Under the pieces are notes generated by a model. The model ran no database searches, was not told the DNA's origin, and saw nothing but the letters and a program-made list of their open reading frames with translations. A stretch of 64,000 nt of DNA from the NCBI GenBank assembly GCA_031409275.1, contig JANNXA010000055.1:224001-288000 (forward strand). The letters run 5' to 3'. Positions 1 to 9,882 of the stretch are shown here, piece after piece. Each line of letters starts with the position of its first letter. Within the stretch, counting starts at the first letter, position 1. The translations under genes and the position numbers were made by a program. Source of the DNA: Planctomycetota bacterium (GTDB taxonomy: Bacteria > Planctomycetota > B15-G4 > SIAN01).

Positions 1-1160
1 ACCGATCCAAGGTCCACGAGCCCCGGGCGCTCGCCGGCGAGGAGGTTTGGAACGCCGCCTGCCATCGCCACGATCTGGCGCCGGATCGCCGCGGCCACGC
101 TCTCGGGAAACGCATCGATCCACGGCACGTACTCGCCGCCGGGCACGCGCAGGCGCTTGTCGTACGCCGCGACCTGGCGACCGTCGCGATCGAACAACAG
201 CGCGGAGTTGAGGAAGGGGGTCGTCGGCAGCCATTCCTTGGCGAGCAGCGTGACGGCACCGGCGAGCAGCGGCTTTCCGTAGCGCTGGGTCATGCGCTCG
301 TGGATGCGATCGGCGAGGACGGCGCGCAGTTGCGCCAGTTGCTGTTCCTCGCCTGGAAAGGGGCCGTCGCTCGCGCGCCATAGGCCGGGAAGCATCGTTT
401 CCGGCCAGACGAGCAGATCGCAGCTGCTGGCCGCTGCCGCTCGATCGGCGACCTCCACATGGGCATCGATCATCACGTCAAGCGACGGCGGACGGTTCTT
501 CAGCTGCTGCTCGATGTTCGCTTGCAGCAACAGGAGGCGCGGCCCGCGCGGCAGGTCGGCCGTCGTCCCGAGCGTCGTGCGTCCGTACCACTCCGCCGCC
601 CCGAGCAACGCCACCGCCGCGAACGCGCCAACCACGGCGCCGCGGCGCCGACGCTCCAACGCATGCGCGAGCGCGCCCGCGACCATCGCCAGCATGAAGG
701 TCAGTCCGTGGACGCCGGCCACGCTGGCGAACTGCAGCACACCGAGGTGCGCGTGCTGCGTCGAGCCGAGCGAGAGCCACGGGAATCCGTCGAGCGGCAA
801 TCGACCGCGCGCAAACTCGACGCTAGTGAACGCCAGCGGCAGCGCGATCCAGGCGGGCCACTGCTGGACCACCTGCAGCCGGCGCAGCAGCAGCGCGAAG
901 AGCCCGAAGAAGAGCGACTCGGGCAACACCATCAGCACGAGGTTCAGCGGATGGCTCTTGCGCAGCCAGAAGCAGCCAACGGTGAAGATGGCGGCCCCGA
1001 TGAGGTAGGCGAATCCGAAGAGGCGCCGCCCGCTGAGGCGTCGCACCAGTGCCGGCCACGGCGTCAGCGCGATCGCGGCGAGCCACCCGAAATCGAGCGG
1101 CGCGAAGGCCGCGACGTAGGACGCGAACGCCGCGACGGCGAGCAGGAGCAACGCGCTCAT
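1..1160 (-). CDS. lnt: Apolipoprotein N-acyltransferase (3'-partial, runs off window start)
   Basis: Manual translation from ATG at 1160 (ATGA overlap with moeA stop) gives a multi-TM N-terminus, GFPWLSLG, LLVWPET, NSALLFD and YDKRLRVPGGEYVPW, typical of Lnt. Absent from the ORF track because no stop lies in the window. Confidence 0.9.
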   Translation of the reverse strand, partial: MSALLLLAVAAFASYVAAFAPLDFGWLAAIALTPWPALVRRLSGRRLFGFAYLIGAAIFTVGCFWLRKSHPLNLVLMVLPESLFFGLFALLLRRLQVVQQWPAWIALPLAFTSVEFARGRLPLDGFPWLSLGSTQHAHLGVLQFASVAGVHGLTFMLAMVAGALAHALERRRRGAVVGAFAAVALLGAAEWYGRTTLGTTADLPRGPRLLLLQANIEQQLKNRPPSLDVMIDAHVEVADRAAAASSCDLLVWPETMLPGLWRASDGPFPGEEQQLAQLRAVLADRIHERMTQRYGKPLLAGAVTLLAKEWLPTTPFLNSALLFDRDGRQVAAYDKRLRVPGGEYVPWIDAFPESVAAAIRRQIVAMAGGVPNLLAGERPGLVDLGS

Positions 1161-2392
1161 TCGATCGGCTCCTTGGCGCGCGGCCAGCCATCCGCTCGAT
1201 CGACGAGCGGCACGACCCGAACGTCCTCGCCCAGCGACCGCTGCTCGCCGCGCGGTAACTGGATCAGCGCGGCAGCCCCGGCGATCGCCACCAGGTCCCC
1301 TGAGCCGCTCCATCGCAGCGGCGCCGCCGTGACCCGTCCGTCGCCGCTCGCCTCGTAACGCGCCACCTGCAGCAGGTCGCGCTCGGCCGGAGCCTTGAGC
1401 GCGCTCGCAAGCGGCAGCGTCTGCGCGACGGGCCACACGGCGCGCGCACCGGCCATCCGCTCGATCAGCGGTCGCACCAGCAGTTCGAAGGTGACAAAGG
1501 CCGAGACCGGGTTGCCGGGCAGGCAGAAGATCACCCGATGGCCCCACGTCGCAAGGATGACCGGCTTGCCCGGCTTGATGCGCACGCCATCGAAGCGGAC
1601 GGTGGCGCCGAGCGACGCCAGCACGTCGTGGGCGAAGTCGAAGTCACCGACCGAGGAGCCGCCGGTCAGCAGCAGCAGGTCGGCGTCGCCCGCGGCGAGC
1701 GCCGCTGCGACGATCGCGGCCGGCTCGTCGCGAGTGATCGGCAGCATCTGCGCGACGCCGCCGGCGCTTCGCGTCTGCGCCGCGAGCCCGTGGCGGTTCG
1801 ACTCGCGAATCTGCGCCGCGCGCGGGACTTGCGCGATCTCGACCAGCTCGTCTCCGGTGGCCAGCAAGGCCACCCGCGGACGACGCGTCACCTCCACTTC
1901 GACGCACCCGAGGGTCGCGAGCAACGGCACCATCGCCGACGTGACGCGAGTGCCCGCCGCGAGCGGTCGATCGCCACGCCGCAAGTCGTTCGCGCGCGGA
2001 TGGACGTTCTGTCCCGGCGTCGCGCGGTGCCGGAAGCGGACGCTGTCGGCGTCGGCCGTCGCCTCTTCGATCGGGATCACGGCATCGGCGCCGCTCGGCA
2101 GCGGCGCCCCGGTCATGATGCGAATCGCGTGGCCTGGAGCGACGAGCGCGTCGCTCGCCTGGCCTGCCGCCACGGCCGCCACGACCCTCAGCGGCGATTC
2201 GGGGATGACGTCGCCCGCGCGAACGGCGAAGCCATCCATGGTCACGCGATGGAACGGCGGCAGGTCGAGGTCGCTGGCGGGCGCCGCGGCCAGCGTGCGC
2301 CCCACCGCATCGGCCAGCGCCACTCGCTCCGACGGGAGAGCTGCGAGCGTCAGCGCCGCGATCCGTCGTTGCGCCTCGATCCGAGCGATCAT
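1157..2392 (-). CDS. moeA: Molybdopterin molybdotransferase MoeA (gephyrin-like)
   Basis: Motifs PPFHRVTMDGFA, IMTGAPLPSGADAVIPIE, TGDEL, GGSSVGDFD, KPGKP, LPGNPVS; GGGGAGG SD before ATG 2392. Confidence 0.93.
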   Translation of the reverse strand: MIARIEAQRRIAALTLAALPSERVALADAVGRTLAAAPASDLDLPPFHRVTMDGFAVRAGDVIPESPLRVVAAVAAGQASDALVAPGHAIRIMTGAPLPSGADAVIPIEEATADADSVRFRHRATPGQNVHPRANDLRRGDRPLAAGTRVTSAMVPLLATLGCVEVEVTRRPRVALLATGDELVEIAQVPRAAQIRESNRHGLAAQTRSAGGVAQMLPITRDEPAAIVAAALAAGDADLLLLTGGSSVGDFDFAHDVLASLGATVRFDGVRIKPGKPVILATWGHRVIFCLPGNPVSAFVTFELLVRPLIERMAGARAVWPVAQTLPLASALKAPAERDLLQVARYEASGDGRVTAAPLRWSGSGDLVAIAGAAALIQLPRGEQRSLGEDVRVVPLVDRADGWPRAKEPIE

Positions 2393-2539
2393 TTCGCCTC
2401 CCCTGCCCACGACCCCAGCACGCGCGAATGCGGCGCGGGGCGCGATCTTGCCATGGCGCGCTCGTGGCCCCGACAAGGGAGTCGCGGGCCACTGGAAATG
2501 GCGCGCTCGGTCGCTATGGTTCCCCGCCTTCTCTCGGGT

Positions 2540-2615
<76 letters not shown>

Positions 2616-2630
2616 ACTTAGAACGTGGCT

Positions 2631-2678
2631 CGGGCGGTCAGCGGTCCTTACCGGAACGTTGACCGCCCGTTTTCTTTT
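2631..2678 (+). terminator. Intrinsic terminator after tRNA-Ala (may also serve the convergent isc operon)
   Basis: CGGGCGGTCAGCG...CGTTGACCGCCCG hairpin followed by TTTTCTTTT. Confidence 0.75.
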
Positions 2679-2707
2679 CGCGACGCCGCACGCTCGCGAG
2701 CGAGCGC

Positions 2708-2920
2708 TCAGCCGGCCGACTGGAACTCGTCGAGCCAGGCCATCTGGATCGCTTCCAGGACCTTCTCATTCGACTTCTTCGGATCGCCGACGAAGCCGGG
2801 CAGCGCGCAGACCTGACGGTGCAGGTCGGTGAAGCGGACGGTGAGCGGATCGACGGTCGGCTGGGCGGCATGCAACTGCAGGCCGATCTCTTCGAGGTCC
2901 TTCCAGTCGAGCTTCGTCAT
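2708..2920 (-). CDS. iscX: Fe-S cluster assembly protein IscX (own SD/ATG, but in frame with hscA with no intervening stop)
   Basis: [16 protein letters not shown]...[42 protein letters not shown] matches IscX/YfhJ; AAGGAG SD 6 nt before ATG 2920. Confidence 0.88.
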   Translation of the reverse strand: MTKLDWKDLEEIGLQLHAAQPTVDPLTVRFTDLHRQVCALPGFVGDPKKSNEKVLEAIQMAWLDEFQSAG

Positions 2921-4945
2921 GGCCATCTCCTTCTTGGGCGCCGGCGCGGCGCGGAAGCCGTCGCCAAGATCGCCGCACTCCTCGCTGCGAGCCGGCTGCG
3001 AACCGGCGATGCGGACGAGCGCGCGGGCGATCGGGGTTGCGCTGGTCAACGTCGGGCTCGCGCGCGTTGCGACGGCGGGCCGCGGCACCGCCTTGTCGGC
3101 CAGAACCTCGGCCACGGTCCGGCCGGCAATGGCCTGCGTGGCGACCTCCGACATGACGTTGCTGGCCAGCGGCACCGTCGCCTCGACGAAGCGGTCGTAG
3201 GCGGCCTTCAGCTCCTTCACCGTCCCACGCCCGATCCGCGCCTCGACGTCCGCGAGTGCCGTCTCGATCACGGCGAGCGCCGCTGCGTCGAGCCCATGCG
3301 CGCCGGCACGCAGCACGCCCCGCGTCGCGGCGAGCATCGTCTTGCACTCGTTCTCCAGGTCGATGCGCTGGTGCGCTTCGAAGTCCTGGCGCGCGAAACG
3401 GAACGACTCGTCGACCATCCGCGCCACTTCGCCGTCGGTGAGCCCGTAGGAAGGCACCACCTCGATCGAAGACTCGATGCCGGTGAAGCGCTCCTTCGCG
3501 TGGACGGTGAGCACGCCGTTCTCGTCGATCAGGAACTGCACATCGACGCGCACCATGCCGGCGGGAAGCGGCGGCAATCCGCGCAACTTGAAGCGGCCGA
3601 GGCTGCGGCAATCGGCGACGAGCTCGCGCTCGCCCTGCACGACATGCAGGTCGATGGCCGTCTGGTTTGCGACGTGAGTCGTGAACGTGTCGGACGCCTG
3701 CGTCGGGATCGGCGTGTTGCGCATCACGACCTTGGCAGCCGCGCCGCCGTAGGTCTCGATCCCCAGCGACAGCGGAATCACATCGAGCAGCAGCAGGTCG
3801 CGCGCGCCGCCGGCGACGATGTCCGCCTGGACCGCCGCGCCGAGCGCGACCACGAGGTCGGGATCGATCCCCGCGTACGGCTTGCGAGCGAAGAACTGCT
3901 CGACGCGCGCGCGAACGAGCGGCACTCGCGTCGAGCCGCCGACGAGCACCACCGCGCGCACGTCCTTCACCGCGAGGTCGCCATCGACGAGCGCGCGCCG
4001 GCAGCAGGCGAGGGTCCGCTCGAGCTCGGGCGCGATGAGCTCCTCGAACTCGGCGCGCGTGAGCGTGTCTTCGAGCGCGAGCCCGCGCCGATCGTCCGCC
4101 ACGCCCCACGCCACGCTCGTCGCGCTCGACAGCTCGATCTTGGCCTGCTCTGCGGCGAGCTTCGCGGCCTGCAGCAGCGAGGCATCGGGCGCGACGCCCG
4201 CCGGCAGCTTCGCGAGCAGGCGATCGACGAGCTTGCGGTCGAAGTCGTCGCCGCCAAGCTGCGTGTCCCCGGCAGTCGCGCGCACGCGGAAGATGCCGTC
4301 ACGGATCTCGAGCACGGAAACGTCGAAGGTCCCGCCGCCAAGGTCATAGACGACGACGGAGCCCTCCTTGGTGCGATCGAGCCCGTAAGCGAGCGCCGCA
4401 GCCGTCGGCTCGTTCACGATGCGCACGACTTCGAGTCCGGCGAGCTTGCCGGCGAGCCGCGTCGCCTGCCGCTGCGCATCGTCGAAGTAGGCGGGGACCG
4501 TGATCACCGCCTTGCCGACCGGACGACCGAGGCTTCGCTCCGCGCGCCGTTTGAGGTCCTGCAAGATGCGCGCGGAGATCTCCTCCGGGGCGAACTCCTG
4601 CTCGCCGACGCGCACCTTCGCGAGGCCGCGCTCACCGGCGACCACCGCATAGGGCAACGCGGCGCGCTCGCCCGGCAGGAGGTCGGCAAGACTGCGCCCC
4701 ATCAACCGCTTGATCGACCACAACGTGGCGAGCGGATGCTCGATGGCCTGCGCGCGCGCGGCGCGGCCGACGAGGACGCTGCCATCGACGAAGCTCACCA
4801 CGGAGGGCACGATCGGATCGCCGCTCTCGTCGCGCAGCACCTGCGGACCATCCTTGCCGAAGAAGGCGACGAGGCTGTTGGTGGTTCCCAGATCGATGCC
4901 GACGATCGGCTCCGGGCCGCCCGTTGCGTGCTCTGCCGCGTTCAC
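2708..4945 (-). CDS. hscA: Fe-S chaperone HscA (Hsp70), ORF extended by a linker and IscX domain
   Basis: [59 protein letters not shown]; follows hscB with GTGA overlap. The HscA-like core ends near 3105. Confidence 0.9.
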   Translation of the reverse strand: MNAAEHATGGPEPIVGIDLGTTNSLVAFFGKDGPQVLRDESGDPIVPSVVSFVDGSVLVGRAARAQAIEHPLATLWSIKRLMGRSLADLLPGERAALPYAVVAGERGLAKVRVGEQEFAPEEISARILQDLKRRAERSLGRPVGKAVITVPAYFDDAQRQATRLAGKLAGLEVVRIVNEPTAAALAYGLDRTKEGSVVVYDLGGGTFDVSVLEIRDGIFRVRATAGDTQLGGDDFDRKLVDRLLAKLPAGVAPDASLLQAAKLAAEQAKIELSSATSVAWGVADDRRGLALEDTLTRAEFEELIAPELERTLACCRRALVDGDLAVKDVRAVVLVGGSTRVPLVRARVEQFFARKPYAGIDPDLVVALGAAVQADIVAGGARDLLLLDVIPLSLGIETYGGAAAKVVMRNTPIPTQASDTFTTHVANQTAIDLHVVQGERELVADCRSLGRFKLRGLPPLPAGMVRVDVQFLIDENGVLTVHAKERFTGIESSIEVVPSYGLTDGEVARMVDESFRFARQDFEAHQRIDLENECKTMLAATRGVLRAGAHGLDAAALAVIETALADVEARIGRGTVKELKAAYDRFVEATVPLASNVMSEVATQAIAGRTVAEVLADKAVPRPAVATRASPTLTSATPIARALVRIAGSQPARSEECGDLGDGFRAAPAPKKEMAMTKLDWKDLEEIGLQLHAAQPTVDPLTVRFTDLHRQVCALPGFVGDPKKSNEKVLEAIQMAWLDEFQSAG

Positions 4946-5580
4946 GCCGACTCCTTGTCGCGCAGCCCATCGCGCAGGTCGCGCGCGAGGGTGCGGTAGT
5001 ACGCCATGCCGTTCAGTTCACGCCGCAGCGACGCCAGCAGCGTCGTGCGCTCTTCTGGAATCGCCGTCTCGAGCGCCGCAAAGCCGCGCGCCAGCGCCGC
5101 CTCCGCTTCGAGCCGTCGCGCCTCGAAGCGCGCGCGCAAGGCCTCCGCTGCGGCGCCGCCCTGCGCGATCGCGGCATCGACCGCATCACGCTCGTCGAGC
5201 ATCGCCTCGAGGAATCCCGCCGGCACCGACTTGTCCTGATTGGGCCCCGCCCCACCCAGGAGCGTCAACAGGTACTCGGCGCGCTTGTGCGCATCGCGCA
5301 GCACGCCGAACGCTTCATTGACCTGCGCCGCGCCGAGCACGGCACGAGCGCGGACGCCGGGCGCAGCGCCCGCGAGATCGGGATGGAGGTCGCGCGAAAA
5401 GGCGACCACCCGCCGATCGAGCAGCGCCTCGTCCAAGGCGAACTCGCGCGCAAGGCCAAGCGTCGCGAAGTGATCGCGACGTGGATCGTGCGGCTGGAAT
5501 GCGCCGCAAGCACGGCACCGCTGCGGATTCTCGAGCGGTGCGTGGCAGGCCGAACAGGAAGCGATGACGGCGACGTTCAT
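4942..5580 (-). CDS. hscB: Fe-S co-chaperone HscB with N-terminal CxxC...CxxC zinc knuckle
   Basis: CSAC...CRAC, J-domain HPD, NEAFGVLRDAHKRAEYLL; isc operon context. Confidence 0.9.
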   Translation of the reverse strand: MNVAVIASCSACHAPLENPQRCRACGAFQPHDPRRDHFATLGLAREFALDEALLDRRVVAFSRDLHPDLAGAAPGVRARAVLGAAQVNEAFGVLRDAHKRAEYLLTLLGGAGPNQDKSVPAGFLEAMLDERDAVDAAIAQGGAAAEALRARFEARRLEAEAALARGFAALETAIPEERTTLLASLRRELNGMAYYRTLARDLRDGLRDKESA

Positions 5581-5617
5581 GGCGAGATCGACGGCGCAGG
5601 CCGGAGCGGAAGCCCCG

Positions 5618-6001
5618 TCACGCCGAGAACGACGCTCCGCAGCCGCAGCTCCCGGTGGAGCTTGGATTCTTGAAGACGAAGCCGCGCGACGTCAGGTCGT
5701 CGTTGAAGTCGACTTCGGTTCCTTCGAGGTAGAGGAAGCTCTTCGGGTCGACGAAGACGCGCAGGCCCGCCGACTCGAAGATCTCGTCGCCGCGCGCAGG
5801 ACGCGGCTCGAGGTTCATCACGTAGGAGAAGCCCGAGCAGCCGCCGCCCTTCACGCCGAGGCGCAAACCTGCCTCGACGCCGAGCTGCTTCTGCTCGAAC
5901 GCGCGACGCACCTCGCGGGCCGCCTTGTCGCTGACGGTGATGGTCGAAGAGGGCGTGCCCCCTGCCGGCGCATCGGTGGTTGCAGTCGCATCGGCTGCCA
6001 T
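5618..6001 (-). CDS. iscA: A-type Fe-S carrier IscA
   Basis: GGGCSGFSY, DPKSFLYLEGTEVDF, FKNP...CGCGASF; start taken at ATG 6001. Confidence 0.92.
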   Translation of the reverse strand: MAADATATTDAPAGGTPSSTITVSDKAAREVRRAFEQKQLGVEAGLRLGVKGGGCSGFSYVMNLEPRPARGDEIFESAGLRVFVDPKSFLYLEGTEVDFNDDLTSRGFVFKNPSSTGSCGCGASFSA

Positions 6002-6005
6002 GAGA

Positions 6006-6437
6006 TCAGCTGCCCGTCTTCGCCGCGTCGGGCGTGCTCGCTGACCCCGCCGCGTGCGCCTGCTGCTTGCTCTGGTAGTCGGCGAGCGCTGCGCGGATCG
6101 CATCCTCGGCGAGCACCGAACAGTGGACCTTGACCGGCGGCAGCGCGAGTTCCTGCACGATGTCGACGTTGCGGATCTGCAGCGCCTGCTCCACCGTCCG
6201 CCCCTTCACCCATTCGGTGGCGAGGCTCGAAGACGCGATCGCGGAGCCGCAGCCGAAGGTCTTGAACTTGGCGTCCTCGATGACGCCCTTGTCGTTCACC
6301 TTGATCTGCAGTCGCATCACGTCGCCGCATTCAGGCGCGCCGACCACCCCGGTCCCGACATCCGCGGCGCTCTTGTCGAGCGAGCCGATGTTGCGCGGGT
6401 TGTTGTAGTGATCGAGGACCTTGTCGCTGTAGGCCAT
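6006..6437 (-). CDS. iscU: Fe-S scaffold IscU
   Basis: MAYSDKVLDHYNNPRN, GAPECGDVM, FKTFGCGSAIASSS, LPPVKVHCS. Confidence 0.97.
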   Translation of the reverse strand: MAYSDKVLDHYNNPRNIGSLDKSAADVGTGVVGAPECGDVMRLQIKVNDKGVIEDAKFKTFGCGSAIASSSLATEWVKGRTVEQALQIRNVDIVQELALPPVKVHCSVLAEDAIRAALADYQSKQQAHAAGSASTPDAAKTGS

Positions 6438-6489
6438 GGTCTTGTCCTTGCGCGCGGCACGAGGTCGCGCGATGGGTGGATCGGTCGTT

Positions 6490-7710
6490 TCAGTGTTCGG
6501 TCGGGGACCACTTCACCTGGCTGATGTCGATGCCTTCCTTGGCCATCTCGTAGAGCGGCGACATGTCGCGCAGCCGCTTCACCGCGAAGATCACGCGCTC
6601 GGCGGCGAAGTCGACCTCCGCCTCCGTCGTGAAGCGTCCCATGCCGAAGCGGATCGAGGTGTGGGCGAGGTCTTCGCCGACGCCGATCGCGCGCAGCACG
6701 TAGGAAGGCTCGAGGCTCGCCGAAGTGCAGGCGGACCCCGAAGAGACCGCCAGTTCGCTCATCCCCATCATCAGCCCTTCGCCTTCGACGAACGCGAAGG
6801 AGACGTTCAAGTTGCCCGGCAACCGCTGCGTCGGATGGCCGTTCAGGTAGATCTCGTCGAGCGAACCGCGCAGCTTCGACCAGAGCCGTTCGCGCAACGC
6901 GGTGAGTCGCACCGTCTCGCTCGCGAGCTCGGCCCCGGCGATCTCGCAAGCCTTCCCGAGGCCAACGATGCCCGGCACGTTCAGCGTGCCGGAACGCATG
7001 CCGCGCTCGTGGCCGCCGCCGTCGAGTTGCGGCGAGAGGCGCACGCGCGGGTTGCGGCGCCGCACGTAGAGCGCGCCCACTCCCTTCGGACCGTAGACCT
7101 TGTGCGCCGTCATCGAGAGCAGGTCGATGCCCATGCGCTCGACGTCCATCGGGATCTTGCCGACCCCTTGGGTTGCGTCCGTGTGGAAGAGGATGCCGCG
7201 CGCCTTGCAGAGGCGGCCGATCTCCTCGAGCGGGTGGAGCGTGCCGATCTCGTTGTTCGCCGCCATCAGCGACACGAGCACGGTGTCGGGCCGGATCGCC
7301 TTCTCGAGATCGGCGACGTTCACTTGCCCGGACTTGTCGACCGGCAGCAGCGTGACCTGGCAGCCCTCCTGCTCGAGGCGCTTGCACGGGTCGAGCACCG
7401 CCTTGTGCTCGGTCGGCGCCGTGATCAGGTGGCGCCCCTTCTCGCGGTACATCTCGGCGACGCCCTTGATCGCGAGGTTGTTCGATTCGGTGGCACCGCT
7501 GGTGAACACGATCTCCTTCGCGTCCGCACCGATCAGCGTCGCGATCTGCTCGCGCGCGGTCTCCACCGCCTTCTCGGCATCCCAGCCGAACGCGTGGTTG
7601 CGGCTTGCGGCGTTGCCGAACTTGTCGCGGAAGTAGGGCAACATCGCGTCGAGCACGCGCTCATCGAGCGGCGTCGTCGCCTGGTAGTCGAGGTAGATCG
7701 GGGTCTTCAT
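6490..7710 (-). CDS. iscS: Cysteine desulfurase IscS
   Basis: [37 protein letters not shown] and IscS-type C-terminus [12 protein letters not shown]. Confidence 0.97.
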   Translation of the reverse strand: MKTPIYLDYQATTPLDERVLDAMLPYFRDKFGNAASRNHAFGWDAEKAVETAREQIATLIGADAKEIVFTSGATESNNLAIKGVAEMYREKGRHLITAPTEHKAVLDPCKRLEQEGCQVTLLPVDKSGQVNVADLEKAIRPDTVLVSLMAANNEIGTLHPLEEIGRLCKARGILFHTDATQGVGKIPMDVERMGIDLLSMTAHKVYGPKGVGALYVRRRNPRVRLSPQLDGGGHERGMRSGTLNVPGIVGLGKACEIAGAELASETVRLTALRERLWSKLRGSLDEIYLNGHPTQRLPGNLNVSFAFVEGEGLMMGMSELAVSSGSACTSASLEPSYVLRAIGVGEDLAHTSIRFGMGRFTTEAEVDFAAERVIFAVKRLRDMSPLYEMAKEGIDISQVKWSPTEH

Positions 7711-7731
7711 GGAGCACTCGCTTCGGATGGT

Positions 7732-8184
7732 TCAGCGGGCGAGCGGCGCGGCGAACGCTTCCGCTACCAGCTGGTCGAAGGTCAGTCCGTTCAACACTTC
7801 GTGGATCTTCTCGTGGACGCGGCGCAGCGGCGCCTTGATGAGGCAGGACGATTCGATCTGGCAACTCGATCCGGGGACCGGCAAGGCGCCGATCGCCGAT
7901 GGCACGCACTCGACGAGTCGCACGTCGCCCTCGAGCGCCCGCAACAGCCCGCCCACCGAGAGCTCATCGGGGGCGATGGCCAGCTCGTAGCCACCATGGA
8001 CGCCGCGTGCCGAGCGGACGAGACCGGCGTGGTGCAAGTCCTTCAGGATGTTGGCGAGGATGGCCGGCGGGATCCGAGTCGAGTCGGCCAGGGCGCGTGC
8101 GCTCAGCGGAACCGAACGTCCGCGCGTGGCGAGGTGCGACACCGCGAGGATCGCGTAGTCGAGCCGTCGTGAGAGCTTGATCAT
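7732..8184 (-). CDS. Rrf2-family transcriptional regulator (IscR-like, three Cys ligands)
   Basis: MIKLSRRLDYA, SARGVHGGYEL, C-x15-C-x5-C; first gene of the isc operon. Confidence 0.9.
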   Translation of the reverse strand: MIKLSRRLDYAILAVSHLATRGRSVPLSARALADSTRIPPAILANILKDLHHAGLVRSARGVHGGYELAIAPDELSVGGLLRALEGDVRLVECVPSAIGALPVPGSSCQIESSCLIKAPLRRVHEKIHEVLNGLTFDQLVAEAFAAPLAR

Positions 8185-8245
8185 GGATTTGGCCTCGCCG
8201 GGGCGCCCCAGGCGGTGCAACCGTCGATGCAACCGTCAGAGGAGG

Positions 8246-8331
8246 TAATCCGGATGAACTTGGTACGGATTAACTAGTCGGCGCCACCGAGCTCGGCAAG
8301 GAGAAAATCTGGACTCGTTCGGTACGAGTTT
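8246..8331. promoter_or_regulatory. Two related 27-bp imperfect palindromes, putative Rrf2/IscR operators
   Basis: TAATCCGGATGAACTTGGTACGGATTA (8246-8272; TAATCCG/CGGATTA inverted repeat) and AAATCTGGACTCGTTCGGTACGAGTTT (8305-8331) in an AT-rich island upstream of the Rrf2 gene. Confidence 0.6.
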
Positions 8332-8339
8332 CCGCCGGC

Positions 8340-9020
8340 TCAGGCGGGAGGCAACAATGCGCGCTCGGTCCAGGCCACGGCACGTCGTTCCAGTTCGTCG
8401 ACGCGGGCCAGCAGTTTCGCTACCTCGCCGCGACGAGCCGCGGCGGGCGCCGACTCATCGCCGACCAGATTGACCAGGACGTTCCACGCCGCGCAACGAG
8501 CCCCGGCACGCAACAGCAGCGCGCCCGATCCAGCGTCGGTCGCGAGCCTCTGATTGACGACGGCGAGCGTGCCGTCGACGAGTTCCATCGCCTCTCGCGC
8601 CACCCGCAACGTCTGCAGCGGAACGTCAGCGGAGTGGGCCGTGGCCGCCGCGACCGCCGCGGTTCGCGCAGCCTTCTCCTCGGCGCTCGCTTGCGGCAGC
8701 TTGCGTGCGCTGCGCACCGCTTCGAACGACGCCGCGTCGGCATCGCCGAGTCGCTGCAGTTCCACGGCGACCGCGAGCAGAGCGGCCTCGACCTTCGCCA
8801 GCACCGGGTCGTGCTCGCTCGGCTCCCCCTTCTTGCCGAACGAGAAGCGGACCGCCATGCAGCCAAGCGCGGCACCGAGCGAACCGGCGAGCGCCGCACC
8901 GGTTCCGCCACCTGGAGTTGGAGTGCGCGCGGCGAGTTGCTCGACGAGCTGCGTGAACGGGGCATCACGAAACGAAGCAGCGGGAGCGTCCACAGCAGCC
9001 CTTTCGTTGGCGCCGCTCAT
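8340..9020 (-). CDS. Cyclodeaminase/cyclohydrolase family protein (FTCD C-terminal domain)
   Basis: LAARTPTPGGG, DADAASFEAV, AAWNVLVNL; ATG 9020 overlaps the upstream stop. Confidence 0.85.
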   Translation of the reverse strand: MSGANERAAVDAPAASFRDAPFTQLVEQLAARTPTPGGGTGAALAGSLGAALGCMAVRFSFGKKGEPSEHDPVLAKVEAALLAVAVELQRLGDADAASFEAVRSARKLPQASAEEKAARTAAVAAATAHSADVPLQTLRVAREAMELVDGTLAVVNQRLATDAGSGALLLRAGARCAAWNVLVNLVGDESAPAAARRGEVAKLLARVDELERRAVAWTERALLPPA

Positions 9021-9766
9021 TCGCGCGAGCGGCCGCGTGAGCCAGCGAGGATCGCGAGCACCTTGATCAGTTCCACCACCGCCGCGGCCGCCGATGCCAC
9101 GTAGGTCCACGCCGCCGCGCTCAGCACGGCGCGCGCGCCGTCGATCTCGCCGCCGACGAGCACGCCGCTGTTGCCGAGCAAGACGAGCGCGCGGCGCGAA
9201 GCGTCGATCTCGACGGGCAAGGTCACGAGACTGAACAGCACGACGGCGGCGAGACCGATCGCAGCGCCGATCAGCAGCGACGTGCCCAACGGGCCCTGCG
9301 ACGCCATGGCGATGAACATGCCGATCGGCATCAGCAACATCCCGAGCTTCGAGCCGATGCTGACGACCGGCACCATGCGACTGCGCAGCGTCAGCCACGC
9401 GTAGGCATCGGCGTGCTGCAGCGCGTGGCCCGTTTCATGAGCGGCGACGCCGAGCGCCGAGATCGAGCGGCCACCGTAGACCTCGCTCGACAACCGCAGC
9501 GTTTTCGTCGTCGGGTCGTAGTGGTCGCTCAGGAAGCCGCCCACCGACTCCACTCGGACGTCGCTGATGCCGCGCGAGCGGAGCAGCAGTTCCGCGACTT
9601 CGGCGCCCGTGAGGCCGGAGCGTGTTGCAACTTTGGCGTACTTCGAAAAGGCCGACTTGACGCGGGCTTGCATCAATACGGCAAAAAGCATCGCCGCAAG
9701 CGGCAGCCAGATCCCGTAGATCGGGTTCACCCAAGGCGGCATGAACCAATACATGAGCAGCGTCAC
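9017..9766 (-). CDS. Membrane zinc metallopeptidase (YugP/Zn_peptidase_2 family)
   Basis: LSDHYDP, AAHETGHALQH, TLPVEIDASRRA, AAAWTYVA; AGGAGG SD before GTG. Confidence 0.9.
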   Translation of the reverse strand: MTLLMYWFMPPWVNPIYGIWLPLAAMLFAVLMQARVKSAFSKYAKVATRSGLTGAEVAELLLRSRGISDVRVESVGGFLSDHYDPTTKTLRLSSEVYGGRSISALGVAAHETGHALQHADAYAWLTLRSRMVPVVSIGSKLGMLLMPIGMFIAMASQGPLGTSLLIGAAIGLAAVVLFSLVTLPVEIDASRRALVLLGNSGVLVGGEIDGARAVLSAAAWTYVASAAAAVVELIKVLAILAGSRGRSRE

Positions 9767-9882
9767 GATCCGTCCTCCTGCGCCCGCGTCAAGGTGACGC
9801 GCTTTCGCGCGAAACGCAAAGCTTCACCGCAAGCGCAGTGCCCTCCGTGCGCCGCGTGCGGTCGGCGAGTATACGGAGCGCC

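Noticed and set aside
2393..2539. Moco riboswitch upstream of moeA
   Set aside because: Short region shared with the divergent tRNA promoter; no recognisable conserved structure.
2921..3110. Remnant fdx gene between hscA and iscX
   Set aside because: No ferredoxin Cys pattern recognised, and the region is too short for an ISC ferredoxin.
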